Source: Candidatus Poribacteria bacterium
Lineage (GTDB): Bacteria; Poribacteria; WGA-4E; PCPOR2b
DNA length: 64,000 bases
Reading direction: 5' to 3'
Assembly: GCA_965208325.1 (NCBI GenBank)
Contig: OZ242326.1
Span: 3,968,001 to 4,032,000, forward strand
Below, in pieces: positions 1 to 10,272 of the stretch. The notes beneath the pieces were generated by a model. That model saw only the letters and a list, made by a program, of their open reading frames with translations. It was not told the origin of the DNA and ran no database searches. Position 1 is the stretch's first letter. Each line of letters starts with the position of its first letter. Position numbers and translations under genes: made by a program.

Positions 1-573
1 GCAGCAGCAGCCGAGGAAGAACCTTTCAGAAAACACGTGAACGCGAACCGAGGCGAGTTCGATATTTCGTTCGAGGAATACCAAGAAATATTATCCAAAC
101 TCCTCTCGCCAGCCGTACCTTGGGACATCAACTTCAAGTATGCGCTGTTCGGGCTTGGCGTCCTGGTACTAAGTATTGCGGCCGTCTTTTTTGTTCGGCA
201 GATTCGCAGGAATCTGATTATTGAAGTGCGAGATGCGGCGGATGAATCCTCAATGGACGGGAGGCTCACGGAGCGCGCAGCGATTATCAAATCTAATGCA
301 GCAGCGGCGTCACATAACTTTAGGGATGCGCTCCGATTTCTCTATATATCGGCGATTTTGCACCTCCACGAAAAGGGCATACTGGTTTACGATAAAAGCC
401 TGACCAATCTCGAAAATCTCCAATCATTGCAGATGCATGCTGAGTTGCAAGACGCACTGCGACCGGCGGTACAGGTTTTTGATGATGTCTGGTATGGCTG
501 CAAACCGTGCGACGCGGATACCATCGGAAATTACCGAGTGCTGTTACAAAAGGTGTATTTATTGAGCGGATGA
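1..573 (+). CDS. DUF4129 domain membrane protein, 5'-partial
   Basis: Frame is open from base 1. A TM segment is followed by 'FRDALRFLY...L...KSLTNLE...F..VWYG', typical of DUF4129. Sits upstream of DUF4350/MoxR/DUF58. Confidence 0.8.
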   Translation, partial: AAAAEEEPFRKHVNANRGEFDISFEEYQEILSKLLSPAVPWDINFKYALFGLGVLVLSIAAVFFVRQIRRNLIIEVRDAADESSMDGRLTERAAIIKSNAAAASHNFRDALRFLYISAILHLHEKGILVYDKSLTNLENLQSLQMHAELQDALRPAVQVFDDVWYGCKPCDADTIGNYRVLLQKVYLLSG

Positions 574-1736
574 ATCAACCGTGCTCCTTTGACAAAGAGC
601 GTCCACGGATGACAGTCATCAGAATTTGCCACTTCAGTATTTCGCTGATTATACTCTCATTTTTTGGAGTTTCGTGCGATCAACTTTATCAAGGCAGTAC
701 ACTCTACGAAGTCTTGCGGGCGTTAGGATTCCGTGTGACGGAAATTAGCATAGATGAACCCGCCCGGCTGAATCGATTAGATGTACTATTTCTACAGCAA
801 CTAAATAAAGCCTTAGAGGAAGGGGAAATAGAGGAGATACACAAGTTCGTTGCAGAAGGCGGCACTCTGATTGCCGCGGGGGACACGTCAACCCTCGATT
901 CCTTGTTATTCGATTATGGATTAGAGATGCACGAGACATTGAAAACGCTGGAGACCTCGCAGCGAATCCCGGTTGCCCCGGTCTTTTCAGATCGTCCTGT
1001 CGATGAAATTTTCTCGAAAACCGAATATGCTTTCAGGTCAATCGAACGGGACATTACGCCGCTCTTCGGACGGGGAACGGATTATTCGGTAGTGACGTTT
1101 CGTGAAGGGGACGGACGTGCCTATTTCATATCATGCCCCTTTATTTTCGACGATTTCGGTTTAGGAGATGATCGGAATGCGACGTTCCTCTACAACCTCA
1201 TGACGACGTTGCCCCGCCGTGCGCGAATCGGGCTAGCTGAATCGCGCTACTACGCTTTTGGCTCAACAGACGCCGCTGATCCGCTAATCCACCTACTGTT
1301 CAAAACGCCGGTCGGTCTGGGCATTGTTTATGTTGGGCTAATTATCTTCCTGTTTTTGGTTCTCCGTGGGAAGAGATTCGGGAAGCCTCTAGCGGTTGAG
1401 GAGGCACACAGGCGTTTCGGTTCAGAATATGTCCTCGCTATTACCGCCCTTTATCAGAAAGGCAACACCCAATTGGCTGTTTTGAAGCAAATTCGCGACG
1501 CTTTTCGAACAGACCTCGCTGCACGGTGGGATATTAACCCGAAACTAGAGACCGCTAGCTTCGTGGAGGAGATTGCCAAACGGAAGCCGATAGATGCTGA
1601 CGAGCTTCGAGAGCTTCTGAAAAGACTTGAGCCGCATGAAGAAATATCCGAGGCGCATCTTCTCTCACTCGCCAAACAGGTTGAAGCCTTTTATGATAAG
1701 GAGAAAATCGGGCGTACACTTCTAATGCAGCGTTGA
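570..1736 (+). CDS. DUF4350 domain membrane protein
   Basis: ATGA overlap with the previous stop suggests a start at 570. GATase-like 'FVAEGGTLIAAG', 'DNATFLYNL', then a TM segment and 'RFGKP...EYVLAITALY'. Confidence 0.75.
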   Translation: MNQPCSFDKERPRMTVIRICHFSISLIILSFFGVSCDQLYQGSTLYEVLRALGFRVTEISIDEPARLNRLDVLFLQQLNKALEEGEIEEIHKFVAEGGTLIAAGDTSTLDSLLFDYGLEMHETLKTLETSQRIPVAPVFSDRPVDEIFSKTEYAFRSIERDITPLFGRGTDYSVVTFREGDGRAYFISCPFIFDDFGLGDDRNATFLYNLMTTLPRRARIGLAESRYYAFGSTDAADPLIHLLFKTPVGLGIVYVGLIIFLFLVLRGKRFGKPLAVEEAHRRFGSEYVLAITALYQKGNTQLAVLKQIRDAFRTDLAARWDINPKLETASFVEEIAKRKPIDADELRELLKRLEPHEEISEAHLLSLAKQVEAFYDKEKIGRTLLMQR

Positions 1737-1886
1737 ATGAATTTAGTCTATATCACGAGCAGTTAAGGCTGCTTAGAGGGGGTCGGGTAATCTCTCGATT
1801 TAGCATAATTACTTGCGTTCTGCTTTTAACCATGGAATTAAAGGTTTTCAGAACGGGCGCAAATATGAACGAAAGGATTACAACTC

Positions 1887-2717
1887 GTGGCAACTAAGAT
1901 AAAATCTTTATTTCGATTGCCAGCCCCGACCAAAGCGGACATTGATTCCTTTCATTATGACGGTTACATTGTGTACCCGGACATCCTTTCTGACGATGCG
2001 AGAAAAAACCTAATTTCGGAAATAACGGGATACGAGCCTGTGCAGCATTACCTCAATGCGATGGCGCCAAATTTCGTAGAACCGAACTCGTATTTCATTC
2101 GCCCGTGGAACGAACGCAAAATTTGTAGCGACCGGTTGATTGACGACCCCTTTATAACCTCGTTGTTACGATCCACTATCGGGGAAGATTATCATTTTTG
2201 TCATTCTGCCCTGAATATCGCACCGCGCGGCACCGGCGCGATACCGTATCATCAAGATCATCACCATTGGAGGCATGAAAATCCAATTAACCTGGCTGAA
2301 CGCGACAGATATTATGTGCAGATTTTGTATTATCCGAACGGGTTCACGCTCGGCGACCGCAATCTGAAGGTTATCCCTGGTAGTCACCGTGTTGCGCCGA
2401 CCGAAACCGCGACACCGGAACGGATGTTAGCGGGCGAATTCGACGTTGAGGCTGGACGCCAGCTAGGCGAGAAACGGCTATCGCTACCGCCCGGTAGCAT
2501 GGTCTATATTAACGCCCGAATTTTTCATGCAGTTGAGGCGAAGCCTTTAGATTCGCCTCAACCTTACCGAATCTTCAATATTGATATCTTCAAGGAAGCT
2601 GGGCCGCCGCACCGTTACACCCAAGAGATTCCACCAGAATGGATGGTGCGCGCCAACGCGACTCGTAGGAAGCTGTTTACCCGCGAGGCGTACACGGAGG
2701 GTTGCTGGGCTTCATGA
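1887..2717 (+). CDS. Phytanoyl-CoA dioxygenase (PhyH) family 2OG-Fe(II) oxygenase
   Basis: 'F..DGY', HxD motif 'YHQD', 'VIPGSH', distal His in 'IFHA'. Confidence 0.85.
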   Translation: MATKIKSLFRLPAPTKADIDSFHYDGYIVYPDILSDDARKNLISEITGYEPVQHYLNAMAPNFVEPNSYFIRPWNERKICSDRLIDDPFITSLLRSTIGEDYHFCHSALNIAPRGTGAIPYHQDHHHWRHENPINLAERDRYYVQILYYPNGFTLGDRNLKVIPGSHRVAPTETATPERMLAGEFDVEAGRQLGEKRLSLPPGSMVYINARIFHAVEAKPLDSPQPYRIFNIDIFKEAGPPHRYTQEIPPEWMVRANATRRKLFTREAYTEGCWAS

Positions 2718-2818
2718 TGCGTTAATGGGTAGGCTCTGGGAATCAATCTACCTGATAGCTTTACTGCCTGCTCCGGTAGGATAGATTACGATTGTTAGCA
2801 CAGAATGTTAAGAAGAGT

Positions 2819-3589
2819 ATGGCAACGACGAGTCCCAAGGCGTTTTTGATCGATTTGGATGGTACGCTGTATTTCAAGAATGAACCCTACCCTAAGGCAG
2901 TTCAAACCGTAAGGTATTTGCGACAGGAAGGGTATCAGATTCGATTTCTTACGAACATCACCGCCAAAACCCCGAAAATGCTGTATAGACAGATGTGCGA
3001 TATGGGGTTTGACGTACGTGAGCGTGAAATTTTTAATGCGAGCTACGCTTGCCTCCTTTATCTGCGGTCACAACCCCGCGCACGCTGCTACTTTATGGTG
3101 GATGATGCCGTTAAAGCGTATTTCCAAGAGATACCGACAGACTGTAATTCTCCCGATTTTGTCGTCGTTGGCGACTATGGACACAGGTTTGATTATAACT
3201 CTTTGAATCGTGCGTTTCGGTTGTTGATGCGTGGCGCCGAACTCATTGCGCTTCAAAAATCACCGTATTGGATTTCGCCGGAAGGGATGTTCTTGGATTG
3301 CGGCGCATTTTCGGCACTTCTCGAATATGCTTCAAATAAGACAGCGGCACTGATGGGCAAGCCGAGTGAGTTATTTTTCAAAATCGCACTTGATGACCTA
3401 CAACTTTCCCCAAGCGAAGTCGTTGTTGTAGGCGATGATATCGCCACCGACATCTTGGGAGCTGAAAGAATGGGACTGAGAAGTGTTTTAGTTAGGACTG
3501 GGAAGTTCCAACTCAATCAGGTGGCGCGCTCAACCGTAAAACCGACGTGGGAAGTTGATAGTATATCAAGTCTACTCCAGATGTTTTGA
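2819..3589 (+). CDS. HAD-superfamily IIA hydrolase (LHPP/NagD-like)
   Basis: Motifs 'DLDGTL', 'FLTN', 'GKPS', 'VGDDIATDI', 'VRTGKF'. Confidence 0.9.
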   Translation: MATTSPKAFLIDLDGTLYFKNEPYPKAVQTVRYLRQEGYQIRFLTNITAKTPKMLYRQMCDMGFDVREREIFNASYACLLYLRSQPRARCYFMVDDAVKAYFQEIPTDCNSPDFVVVGDYGHRFDYNSLNRAFRLLMRGAELIALQKSPYWISPEGMFLDCGAFSALLEYASNKTAALMGKPSELFFKIALDDLQLSPSEVVVVGDDIATDILGAERMGLRSVLVRTGKFQLNQVARSTVKPTWEVDSISSLLQMF

Positions 3590-3782
3590 AGGGGTTATGC
3601 GTATCCACCACAGTGGACGGGGAACAGGGAATCAATGCTTTTTTCCGCAGATCCGCAGATTGGAATCGCCGATAGCAACAGTTTGGATTGTTGATTACCC
3701 GGTTCGGGAAATTGGTCTAACGGCAGGGTGTGGATGAAATGCGGTTGCCGCTGATTTAATCCGGTTTCTGAATAGGAGAGTT

Positions 3783-4736
3783 ATGTCCAATTTAATTCAG
3801 AGCGTCTTTGAAAAGTTGAAACAGGAAGCCCAAAAAGTGATTGTTGGGCAAGACGAATTGTTTGAACTGGTGGTGGTGGGATTCCTATCCGGGGGGCACG
3901 TTTTGCTCGAAGGCGTTCCCGGCACTGCAAAAACGCTCGTAGCGAAAACATTGGCGATGGTGGTGTCCGGCGATTTCAGCCGCGTCCAATTCACGCCCGA
4001 CCTAATGCCGTCCGACATTGTGGGAACTAGCGTGTACGATTTAGCAACACATCAATTCAGCCTCAAGCGGGGGCCGGTTTTCACTAACGTTTTGCTCGCC
4101 GATGAAATCAACCGCGCCCCGGCGAAGACGCAATCGGCGCTCCTAGAATGTATGGAGGAGCGGCAGGTTAGCATTGACGGCGTCCGCCACGAACTGGCTG
4201 CCCCTTTTATGGTATTGGCGACACAGAACCCTGTAGAATACGAAGGAACCTATCCGCTCCCCGAAGCCCAACTAGACCGGTTTTTATTCAAACTACGAGT
4301 CGATTATCCGGGACGGGAGGTGGAGCAACAGGTTTTGATTAACTATCACAACGGCTTTAATGTTTCGCAACTCGCTGAAGCAGGCGTTGAAGGGGTCATC
4401 GACAAAGATTTACTCGGACAATGCCAAGCAGCCATTCAGGCGGTAACGGTTGAAGAATCTATTTTCGATTATATTGTCGGTATAGCCGAAGCGTCACGCA
4501 GTTCTAATGACCTCATTTTGGGCGGGAGTCCACGGGCATCCATTTCGCTGTTGTTGGGAAGCAAAACTTACGCGGCGATGCAGGGGCGAGATTACATCTT
4601 ACCGGATGATGTCAAGCGGTTAGCCGCGCACGTCTATCGCCATCGGATTATTTTGAAACCGGAAGCGGAAATTGAAGGGCTAACCGCAGACGATGTGATT
4701 GGTAGATTACTCGCCGAGTTGGATATTCCACGTTAG
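3783..4736 (+). CDS. MoxR family AAA+ ATPase
   Basis: '[13 protein letters not shown]', '[10 protein letters not shown]', '[18 protein letters not shown]', '[22 protein letters not shown]'. Confidence 0.95.
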   Translation: MSNLIQSVFEKLKQEAQKVIVGQDELFELVVVGFLSGGHVLLEGVPGTAKTLVAKTLAMVVSGDFSRVQFTPDLMPSDIVGTSVYDLATHQFSLKRGPVFTNVLLADEINRAPAKTQSALLECMEERQVSIDGVRHELAAPFMVLATQNPVEYEGTYPLPEAQLDRFLFKLRVDYPGREVEQQVLINYHNGFNVSQLAEAGVEGVIDKDLLGQCQAAIQAVTVEESIFDYIVGIAEASRSSNDLILGGSPRASISLLLGSKTYAAMQGRDYILPDDVKRLAAHVYRHRIILKPEAEIEGLTADDVIGRLLAELDIPR

Positions 4737-4785
4737 TCGGTGTGCCTAGTTTAATCCGTGGTTGAGGCAAGCGGGAGGACACGCG

Positions 4786-6156
4786 ATGCGATTGAGCAAT
4801 AAACTACTCGGCTTATTACTCGCGTCAGCGATTCCAATTGTCCTTTACAATGTCTCCCCAAGCCTGTTGTTCGTTGATGCCGTTTATCTGCTGTTGCTGT
4901 TGGTTGTCTGCGTCATAGATTACGTAAAAACACCGCTATTTGCAAGGGTTGATGTGAGCCGCGAGATGAACTCCAAGTTTTCGTTGGGTGCGGAAAACGC
5001 GGTGACGCTGCGGGTTGTGAATCGTTCTCGATTCAGGTTGAGGTTGCGGCTGAAGGATGATTTCCCCCCAACGTTTCGGTTTAATCGCGTTATTCACGAG
5101 GTTTACATCGGTGCAGCAACCCAAGAACTCCTAACTTACCAACTCACGCCGCTGCGCCGAGGGGTTTACCATTTTGCGGACATCCACGTACAGAGTTGGG
5201 GGATTCTTGGGCTGATTATCCGGCAACGCCGGGTCGAGGCGGCCGCGGAAGTGAAGGTGTATCCCAATCTCCACGCCATTCGACAGTACGAGTTATTGGC
5301 TAGGCGCGGGATGCTCAGCCAACTTGGACTAAAAAATTCTCGGCAGTTCGGCGAGGGAACAGAATTTGAGCGTCTTCGCGATTATGCTCCTGATGATGAT
5401 ACCCGCCGCGTTGACTGGAAGGCGACTTCGAGACGCCAAAAACCGATTGTGCGGGAGTTTGAAACGGAACGGAGCCAGGACTTGATGATTATGTTGGACG
5501 CTGGCAGATTGATGGCCTCCCCCATTTTGACCGAACCAAACGAAGATGGGACAGAGGACGCGTTCAACACCGAGTCAATTCAGCAGTTGACGATGATTAA
5601 ACTCGATTATGCTATAAACACCACCCTTATGACAACGTACGTCGCATCACTCAAAGGGGACAAAGTTGGTTTAATCGCGTTTTCAGACTCCGTGCACCGA
5701 TACCTAGACCCGAAACCAGGAAAAAAACAGTTCCTCGCAATGCTAGAGGCTACTTACGCCTTGCAGGTACATGCGGTCGAACCGGACTTCGAGACTGCAT
5801 TCAAATTCTTGGCATCAAAACAGCGTAAACGGGCATTAGTTATCATTTTTACGGATATCTTAGATAAGGACGCAGCGGAAGGGTTTGTCCGTTATACAGC
5901 GAAACTAGCCAGACATCACCTTATCGCATGTGTAACCTTGACCGACTCCAGCATTGTTGCGCTCGCCGCACAGAAATTGACAAACTCCAAAATTGTCTAT
6001 CAAAGGGCGATTGCGGCAAAGTTATTGCAGGAGAAACAAGCGACCTTGCAAATCCTTCGCAGGGGTGGTATTATCGCGGTTGATGTTCCCGCACATCAGT
6101 TGACGATGACGGTCGTAAATAAATACTTGGAACTCAAGGCGAAGTCTAAAATTTAG
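4786..6156 (+). CDS. DUF58 domain protein (MoxR-associated, vWA-like)
   Basis: 'GEGTEFERLRDY.PDDD.RRVDWKATSR', 'LDAGRLM'. GGAGG RBS precedes ATG 4786. Confidence 0.9.
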   Translation: MRLSNKLLGLLLASAIPIVLYNVSPSLLFVDAVYLLLLLVVCVIDYVKTPLFARVDVSREMNSKFSLGAENAVTLRVVNRSRFRLRLRLKDDFPPTFRFNRVIHEVYIGAATQELLTYQLTPLRRGVYHFADIHVQSWGILGLIIRQRRVEAAAEVKVYPNLHAIRQYELLARRGMLSQLGLKNSRQFGEGTEFERLRDYAPDDDTRRVDWKATSRRQKPIVREFETERSQDLMIMLDAGRLMASPILTEPNEDGTEDAFNTESIQQLTMIKLDYAINTTLMTTYVASLKGDKVGLIAFSDSVHRYLDPKPGKKQFLAMLEATYALQVHAVEPDFETAFKFLASKQRKRALVIIFTDILDKDAAEGFVRYTAKLARHHLIACVTLTDSSIVALAAQKLTNSKIVYQRAIAAKLLQEKQATLQILRRGGIIAVDVPAHQLTMTVVNKYLELKAKSKI

Positions 6157-6292
6157 TTCGCTGCGGCGGGCGTATCTGCCATAAGAAATTAAGCGAATGA
6201 TTGTGGGGCACGTTGGTATTTGGCGGATATTGAAATGTAAACTTCCTACGCTGGCATTGATTTATCAGCTATTCGCAATCAAGGAGATGTAA

Positions 6293-7222
6293 GTGTTTCG
6301 AGAGAGTATCGGTCAATTCATCCCCGAACAGTGGGCGGCGCTGTATGTACCAAAAAACAAGGGGCTAAATGAATATGTGAACAGGCTCCTCAGAGAAATA
6401 GGTGTCCGTGATGCAGGTGAGTTTGATCGGACAGATATGAGCAAGGGAGTCATCAACATTGTGTCAGCTCGCGGAGAAGATGTGCCGCAACGCGTCGATG
6501 ATTGCATCCGGCGTGGAGAAACCGCCTATGGCCTCACCGGAGACGATCTGTTTGATGAATACATGTTGGGCGCAAGTAATTCCCCACTTGGAGTCCTGAA
6601 TACGTATGATTGGTTCGATTCAAGTGCTCAGTTTAATCGGCCTGCCTTGTGCTTGTTGAATCGCTCGGGATTGATTCCTGATTCTTCGCCGCCTGTGTCC
6701 ATTGCCGTAAACAGGAAATATGAACGCTCGTCACGCCTATTCCTGTCGCAGCGGCTACAATCAAGAGGAATTCAGTTCAGTGTCGCCGCATATGCTGGAG
6801 ACACTGAGAACACTGTGGTAGAAGGCACTCACGACTGGTGTGTTGAGGTCGTGTATCGCGGCGATAAATCACCCGATAGCGCGATGTCAAGAGCAGGTCT
6901 CAAAGTAGCCGAAGTTGTGCGGTTCAGCGATATCTCGTTGATTGGACGGAAAATCATCAATCCGTGGGAGGAGGAGTACCGTAGAATTGCCGCGGTTGCT
7001 GAGAACCCAACGGGTTCGTCTACATCAAAGCTTTTAAGGGACAAAAATGAGGTTTGTAAGAAATTTGGTGAGGAATCCGCCGAGTTTGTGAGAGCATTTA
7101 CGCAGGAGGCGGGAATGCCCGAAGAGTTTAACGATGTTGTGTATGCGTTGATGGTTGCGGCAGCAAAACTACAAATTCCCTGGGCAGAAATTGAGGCGGA
7201 CCTGAAATCTAGATGGAAATAA
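6293..7222 (+). CDS. Divergent short ATP phosphoribosyltransferase (HisG-like) fused to phosphoribosyl-ATP pyrophosphohydrolase (HisE-like)
   Basis: N-terminal ~220 aa follow the HisG pattern (VPK, RGEDVP, GLTGDD, KY, GDTE, EVVYRG, GLKV). C-terminal ~85 aa follow HisE ('GSSTSKLL...KKFGEESAE...EEFNDVVY.LMV......I.WAEIEADLKSR'). Confidence 0.7.
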   Translation: MFRESIGQFIPEQWAALYVPKNKGLNEYVNRLLREIGVRDAGEFDRTDMSKGVINIVSARGEDVPQRVDDCIRRGETAYGLTGDDLFDEYMLGASNSPLGVLNTYDWFDSSAQFNRPALCLLNRSGLIPDSSPPVSIAVNRKYERSSRLFLSQRLQSRGIQFSVAAYAGDTENTVVEGTHDWCVEVVYRGDKSPDSAMSRAGLKVAEVVRFSDISLIGRKIINPWEEEYRRIAAVAENPTGSSTSKLLRDKNEVCKKFGEESAEFVRAFTQEAGMPEEFNDVVYALMVAAAKLQIPWAEIEADLKSRWK

Positions 7223-7435
7223 GCTGTTTGTCTATTGATTGTAAAAGGAAAATACATTGTGCTGTCAGATTTTAGCAATATCGTGCCTTGGTCTTCAGCG
7301 GCGTCTCAACTCACATCAATGGCCTCAGCGGGCGGGGCAGGTTGACTCACCTACGATGCGTTGCATGCCATTGTCCATCATCGTGAAATACGTACAGCGA
7401 CTGCCATTAGAGGCGGTCAATCGTAAGGGAGAAAT

Positions 7436-7807
7436 ATGGAATTAGGTGCATTTTCAGTAAGTCTGAATGTCAAAGACATCCAGACTTCAAAGTCATTCTA
7501 TGAGAAATTTGGATTTAAGGTTTTTGGCGGCGATGTATCCCAGAATTGGCTGATTATGAAAAATCGTAGTTGCACTATTGGGTTGTTTCAAGGCATGTTC
7601 GATAAGAACATTCTCACTTTCAATCCAGGTTGGGATGAAAACGCCTCTAAACTAGATTCATTTATTGACGTAAGGGAACTCCAACGGCAGCTTAAGGCAA
7701 ATTGCATCAAAATAGAGACTGAAGCAAACGAAGAAACTTCAGGTCCGGCAAGTTTTGTCGTGGTTGATCCGGACGGCAACCCCATTCTTGTTGATCAACA
7801 TGTATAG
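7436..7807 (+). CDS. VOC/glyoxalase family protein
   Basis: 'LNVKDI..SKSFYEKFGF' and 'DPDGNPILVDQH'. Confidence 0.9.
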   Translation: MELGAFSVSLNVKDIQTSKSFYEKFGFKVFGGDVSQNWLIMKNRSCTIGLFQGMFDKNILTFNPGWDENASKLDSFIDVRELQRQLKANCIKIETEANEETSGPASFVVVDPDGNPILVDQHV

Positions 7808-7885
7808 GACTTTGATAGGCCTTCTGTTTAGTGTAATAAATGTGAATTGTAAACGACATAAGCCCGTGGGCAGGAGAATCCGACG

Positions 7886-8458
7886 GTGTACGAAACACAA
7901 ACCGTCATAGCAGAGCCAAATGTCACGATACGTCCATTGCAGCTTAGCGACGCCGAAGCAGTCCAGCGTTACGCTTCGGATGAGAGCGTAGCCGGTACGA
8001 CGACAATCCCCCAACCCTATCCCGAAGATGGGGGTGAGATGTTTGTCAAGCAGGCAGTGGAAGCGCACGCAAATGAGGAAGCGTTCTACTTTGGCATCCT
8101 TGCTGACGGCGAACTGATTGGAGCTATCGACCTTCGTTCAATTGAGTGCGAAAATCGTACCGTCGAATGTGGTTATGCAATTGCCGCTTCTCACTGGGGT
8201 AAGGGAATTGCCACCAGAGCCGTTGCGCTCGCACTCCGCTGCGCGTTTTGCGAACTCAGAGTGGATATTGTTTTTGCACACTGCTTGAAGCGAAACCCCG
8301 CATCGGCGCGTGTACTCGAAAAGAATGGTTTTCGGGAAACCGGGGATTTTGCGTCTAATTTACCCAAATTCAAGGATGAGCCATCTCGCGCATTTCAACT
8401 GACAAAGCAGGAGTGGTTTGCGAATCATCCTATGGAGCACAGTTGTGATAATGCCTGA
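7886..8458 (+). CDS. GNAT N-acetyltransferase (RimJ/RimL-like)
   Basis: 'HWGKGIAT' and 'NPASARVLEKNGF'. Confidence 0.9.
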   Translation: MYETQTVIAEPNVTIRPLQLSDAEAVQRYASDESVAGTTTIPQPYPEDGGEMFVKQAVEAHANEEAFYFGILADGELIGAIDLRSIECENRTVECGYAIAASHWGKGIATRAVALALRCAFCELRVDIVFAHCLKRNPASARVLEKNGFRETGDFASNLPKFKDEPSRAFQLTKQEWFANHPMEHSCDNA

Positions 8459-8675
8459 GTCGGCAACGACGCATGCATGCCTCTGATAGATTGGCAATTC
8501 ATTTATATTGGCATCGCTAGATTTGGAGCAATATTCGCCATGTAATAAAAATCAATTTAGTCTCTTTAGAAGCGCAACGGTTAGACATGGAGACGAACAA
8601 AAAGGAGAAAAATGCCGAGGGAAATAGATTCGGATCAACGTTTTCAGTGAATGAACTGCGCAAAGGAGCAAAAGC

Positions 8676-9164
8676 GTGATTTTTCGAATTTCAACAAAAA
8701 TAGGCAAGAAGATACACCTGACTCCGGACGAGATATTGCCGGTTGACCGCAATCCATTTGCGGATTGGTCGGCTCATTTGTTCACTGTCGACCGGATTCA
8801 ATTCGTGCTCATCACGAATACAATCTCACTCTATTCCATGGTCATGTTCGGACGAGGACTGAAGGACGAGCAATCGTTCCGGGGGCGGGTTACAGACTAT
8901 ATGAGTGAATTCATTCGCACTGCCGGACATGAATCCTTAGTTGAGGAATTTATCCTCCCGTCGATGGATACCGTCCGTTTTTCGAAAGCGTTAAACCGAT
9001 CAGTAATCGGCTCAATGAACGACTTCATTTGGCAGGCGAAGTACCATTTAACAGAGAACGATCTATCTCTCTTTGAAGTTGGGTTGCTCTTGAACGAAAC
9101 GCCCATGTCGTATTTGGATCGTAGCAGTCCAATGGATATCTTTCCGAAGCTTGCAAATACGTAG
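8676..9164 (+). CDS. Conserved hypothetical protein (DUF6933-like)
   Basis: 'DWSAHLF...LITN...LYS' and 'NRSVIGSMND...LNETPM' pattern. Confidence 0.6.
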   Translation: MIFRISTKIGKKIHLTPDEILPVDRNPFADWSAHLFTVDRIQFVLITNTISLYSMVMFGRGLKDEQSFRGRVTDYMSEFIRTAGHESLVEEFILPSMDTVRFSKALNRSVIGSMNDFIWQAKYHLTENDLSLFEVGLLLNETPMSYLDRSSPMDIFPKLANT

Positions 9165-9323
9165 GCAGTCGATAAAATCCCGCCTGCCTCCTAACCCGGG
9201 CGGGCACACCTAGTCCATAGGTTTGCGTTATGCTGTCTGCGGACGTTTAATCTTTGACATCACCTCAAAAATCGCAGAGGACTTTAAGCCAGCACTACTT
9301 CATCAAAAAAATGGTCCAAATCT

Positions 9324-10133
9324 ATGAAAGACTGTGTCAAAAGTCGGTCTGAAAGCAGCAATACCGCCCTCTACGATTATCCAGATTACTACGAGTTAGC
9401 ATTTTCATTTCGTGACATCTCGCAGGAAGTAACTTGTATAGAGCAACTGATTGAGCGGTACGCCAAGGCGTCAGTGCTGCGAGTGTTGGAGTTAGCCTGT
9501 GGTCCCAGCCCGCACCTTCAAGAACTTTGTCGAAGGGGCTACGAATATCACGGACTAGACCTTAGCGAAAACATGTTAGCCGCCGGTCGAAAAAAGGTTT
9601 CTGAGTGTGCATGGAGGGCAGTCTTTCACAGAGCCTCTATGATAGATTTCAACCTGCACACAACGTACCAGTTTGCATTCGTGGCGCTTGGTTCGCTATA
9701 CGCACGAAACACAGAAGAACTGTCTACTCATTTCCAATCAGTGGCACGCGCCCTTGAACCTGGTGGACTCTACTTGTTGGACTGGTGTGTGCAGTTTGGT
9801 CAATCGCCTGCAATTATAGAGGATAGCCAGTCGTGGCGGATGGAGAGGGATGGCATTGCAGTCAAAGTGAACGTCATATTGAGAGATGTAGATCCTGTTG
9901 AGCAGATTGTTCAGGAAGAGACGACCTTAAATGTGTCAGACCGCGGACAAACCTTAACGATATCTAATTGCGACCTCCGTAGGGTGATTTATCCGCAGGA
10001 ATTTCACCTGTTAATTGATGCTTTGGATGAGTTCGAGTTTGTGGGATGGTGGAACAATTGGGACTTGAACCAACCATTATCGCAGGTAACGGGTGAGATT
10101 AATCGGCCAATTGTGGCGGTTCGACGCGTCTAA
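9324..10133 (+). CDS. Class I SAM-dependent methyltransferase
   Basis: 'VLELACGPS', 'GLDLSENML', 'ALEPGGLY'. Confidence 0.85.
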   Translation: MKDCVKSRSESSNTALYDYPDYYELAFSFRDISQEVTCIEQLIERYAKASVLRVLELACGPSPHLQELCRRGYEYHGLDLSENMLAAGRKKVSECAWRAVFHRASMIDFNLHTTYQFAFVALGSLYARNTEELSTHFQSVARALEPGGLYLLDWCVQFGQSPAIIEDSQSWRMERDGIAVKVNVILRDVDPVEQIVQEETTLNVSDRGQTLTISNCDLRRVIYPQEFHLLIDALDEFEFVGWWNNWDLNQPLSQVTGEINRPIVAVRRV

Positions 10134-10272
10134 CGGATTTGAACAATTCAATCGCAAGAATACGCCGTCCGCCTGCCGCAACGCCACGCTGCAACGGTTC
10201 GTTCTTCGGCATTACGGCGACGAATTCGACACGTAGACAGTGAAAGCGATGGTTGTAATGTAGACCTGCGAC

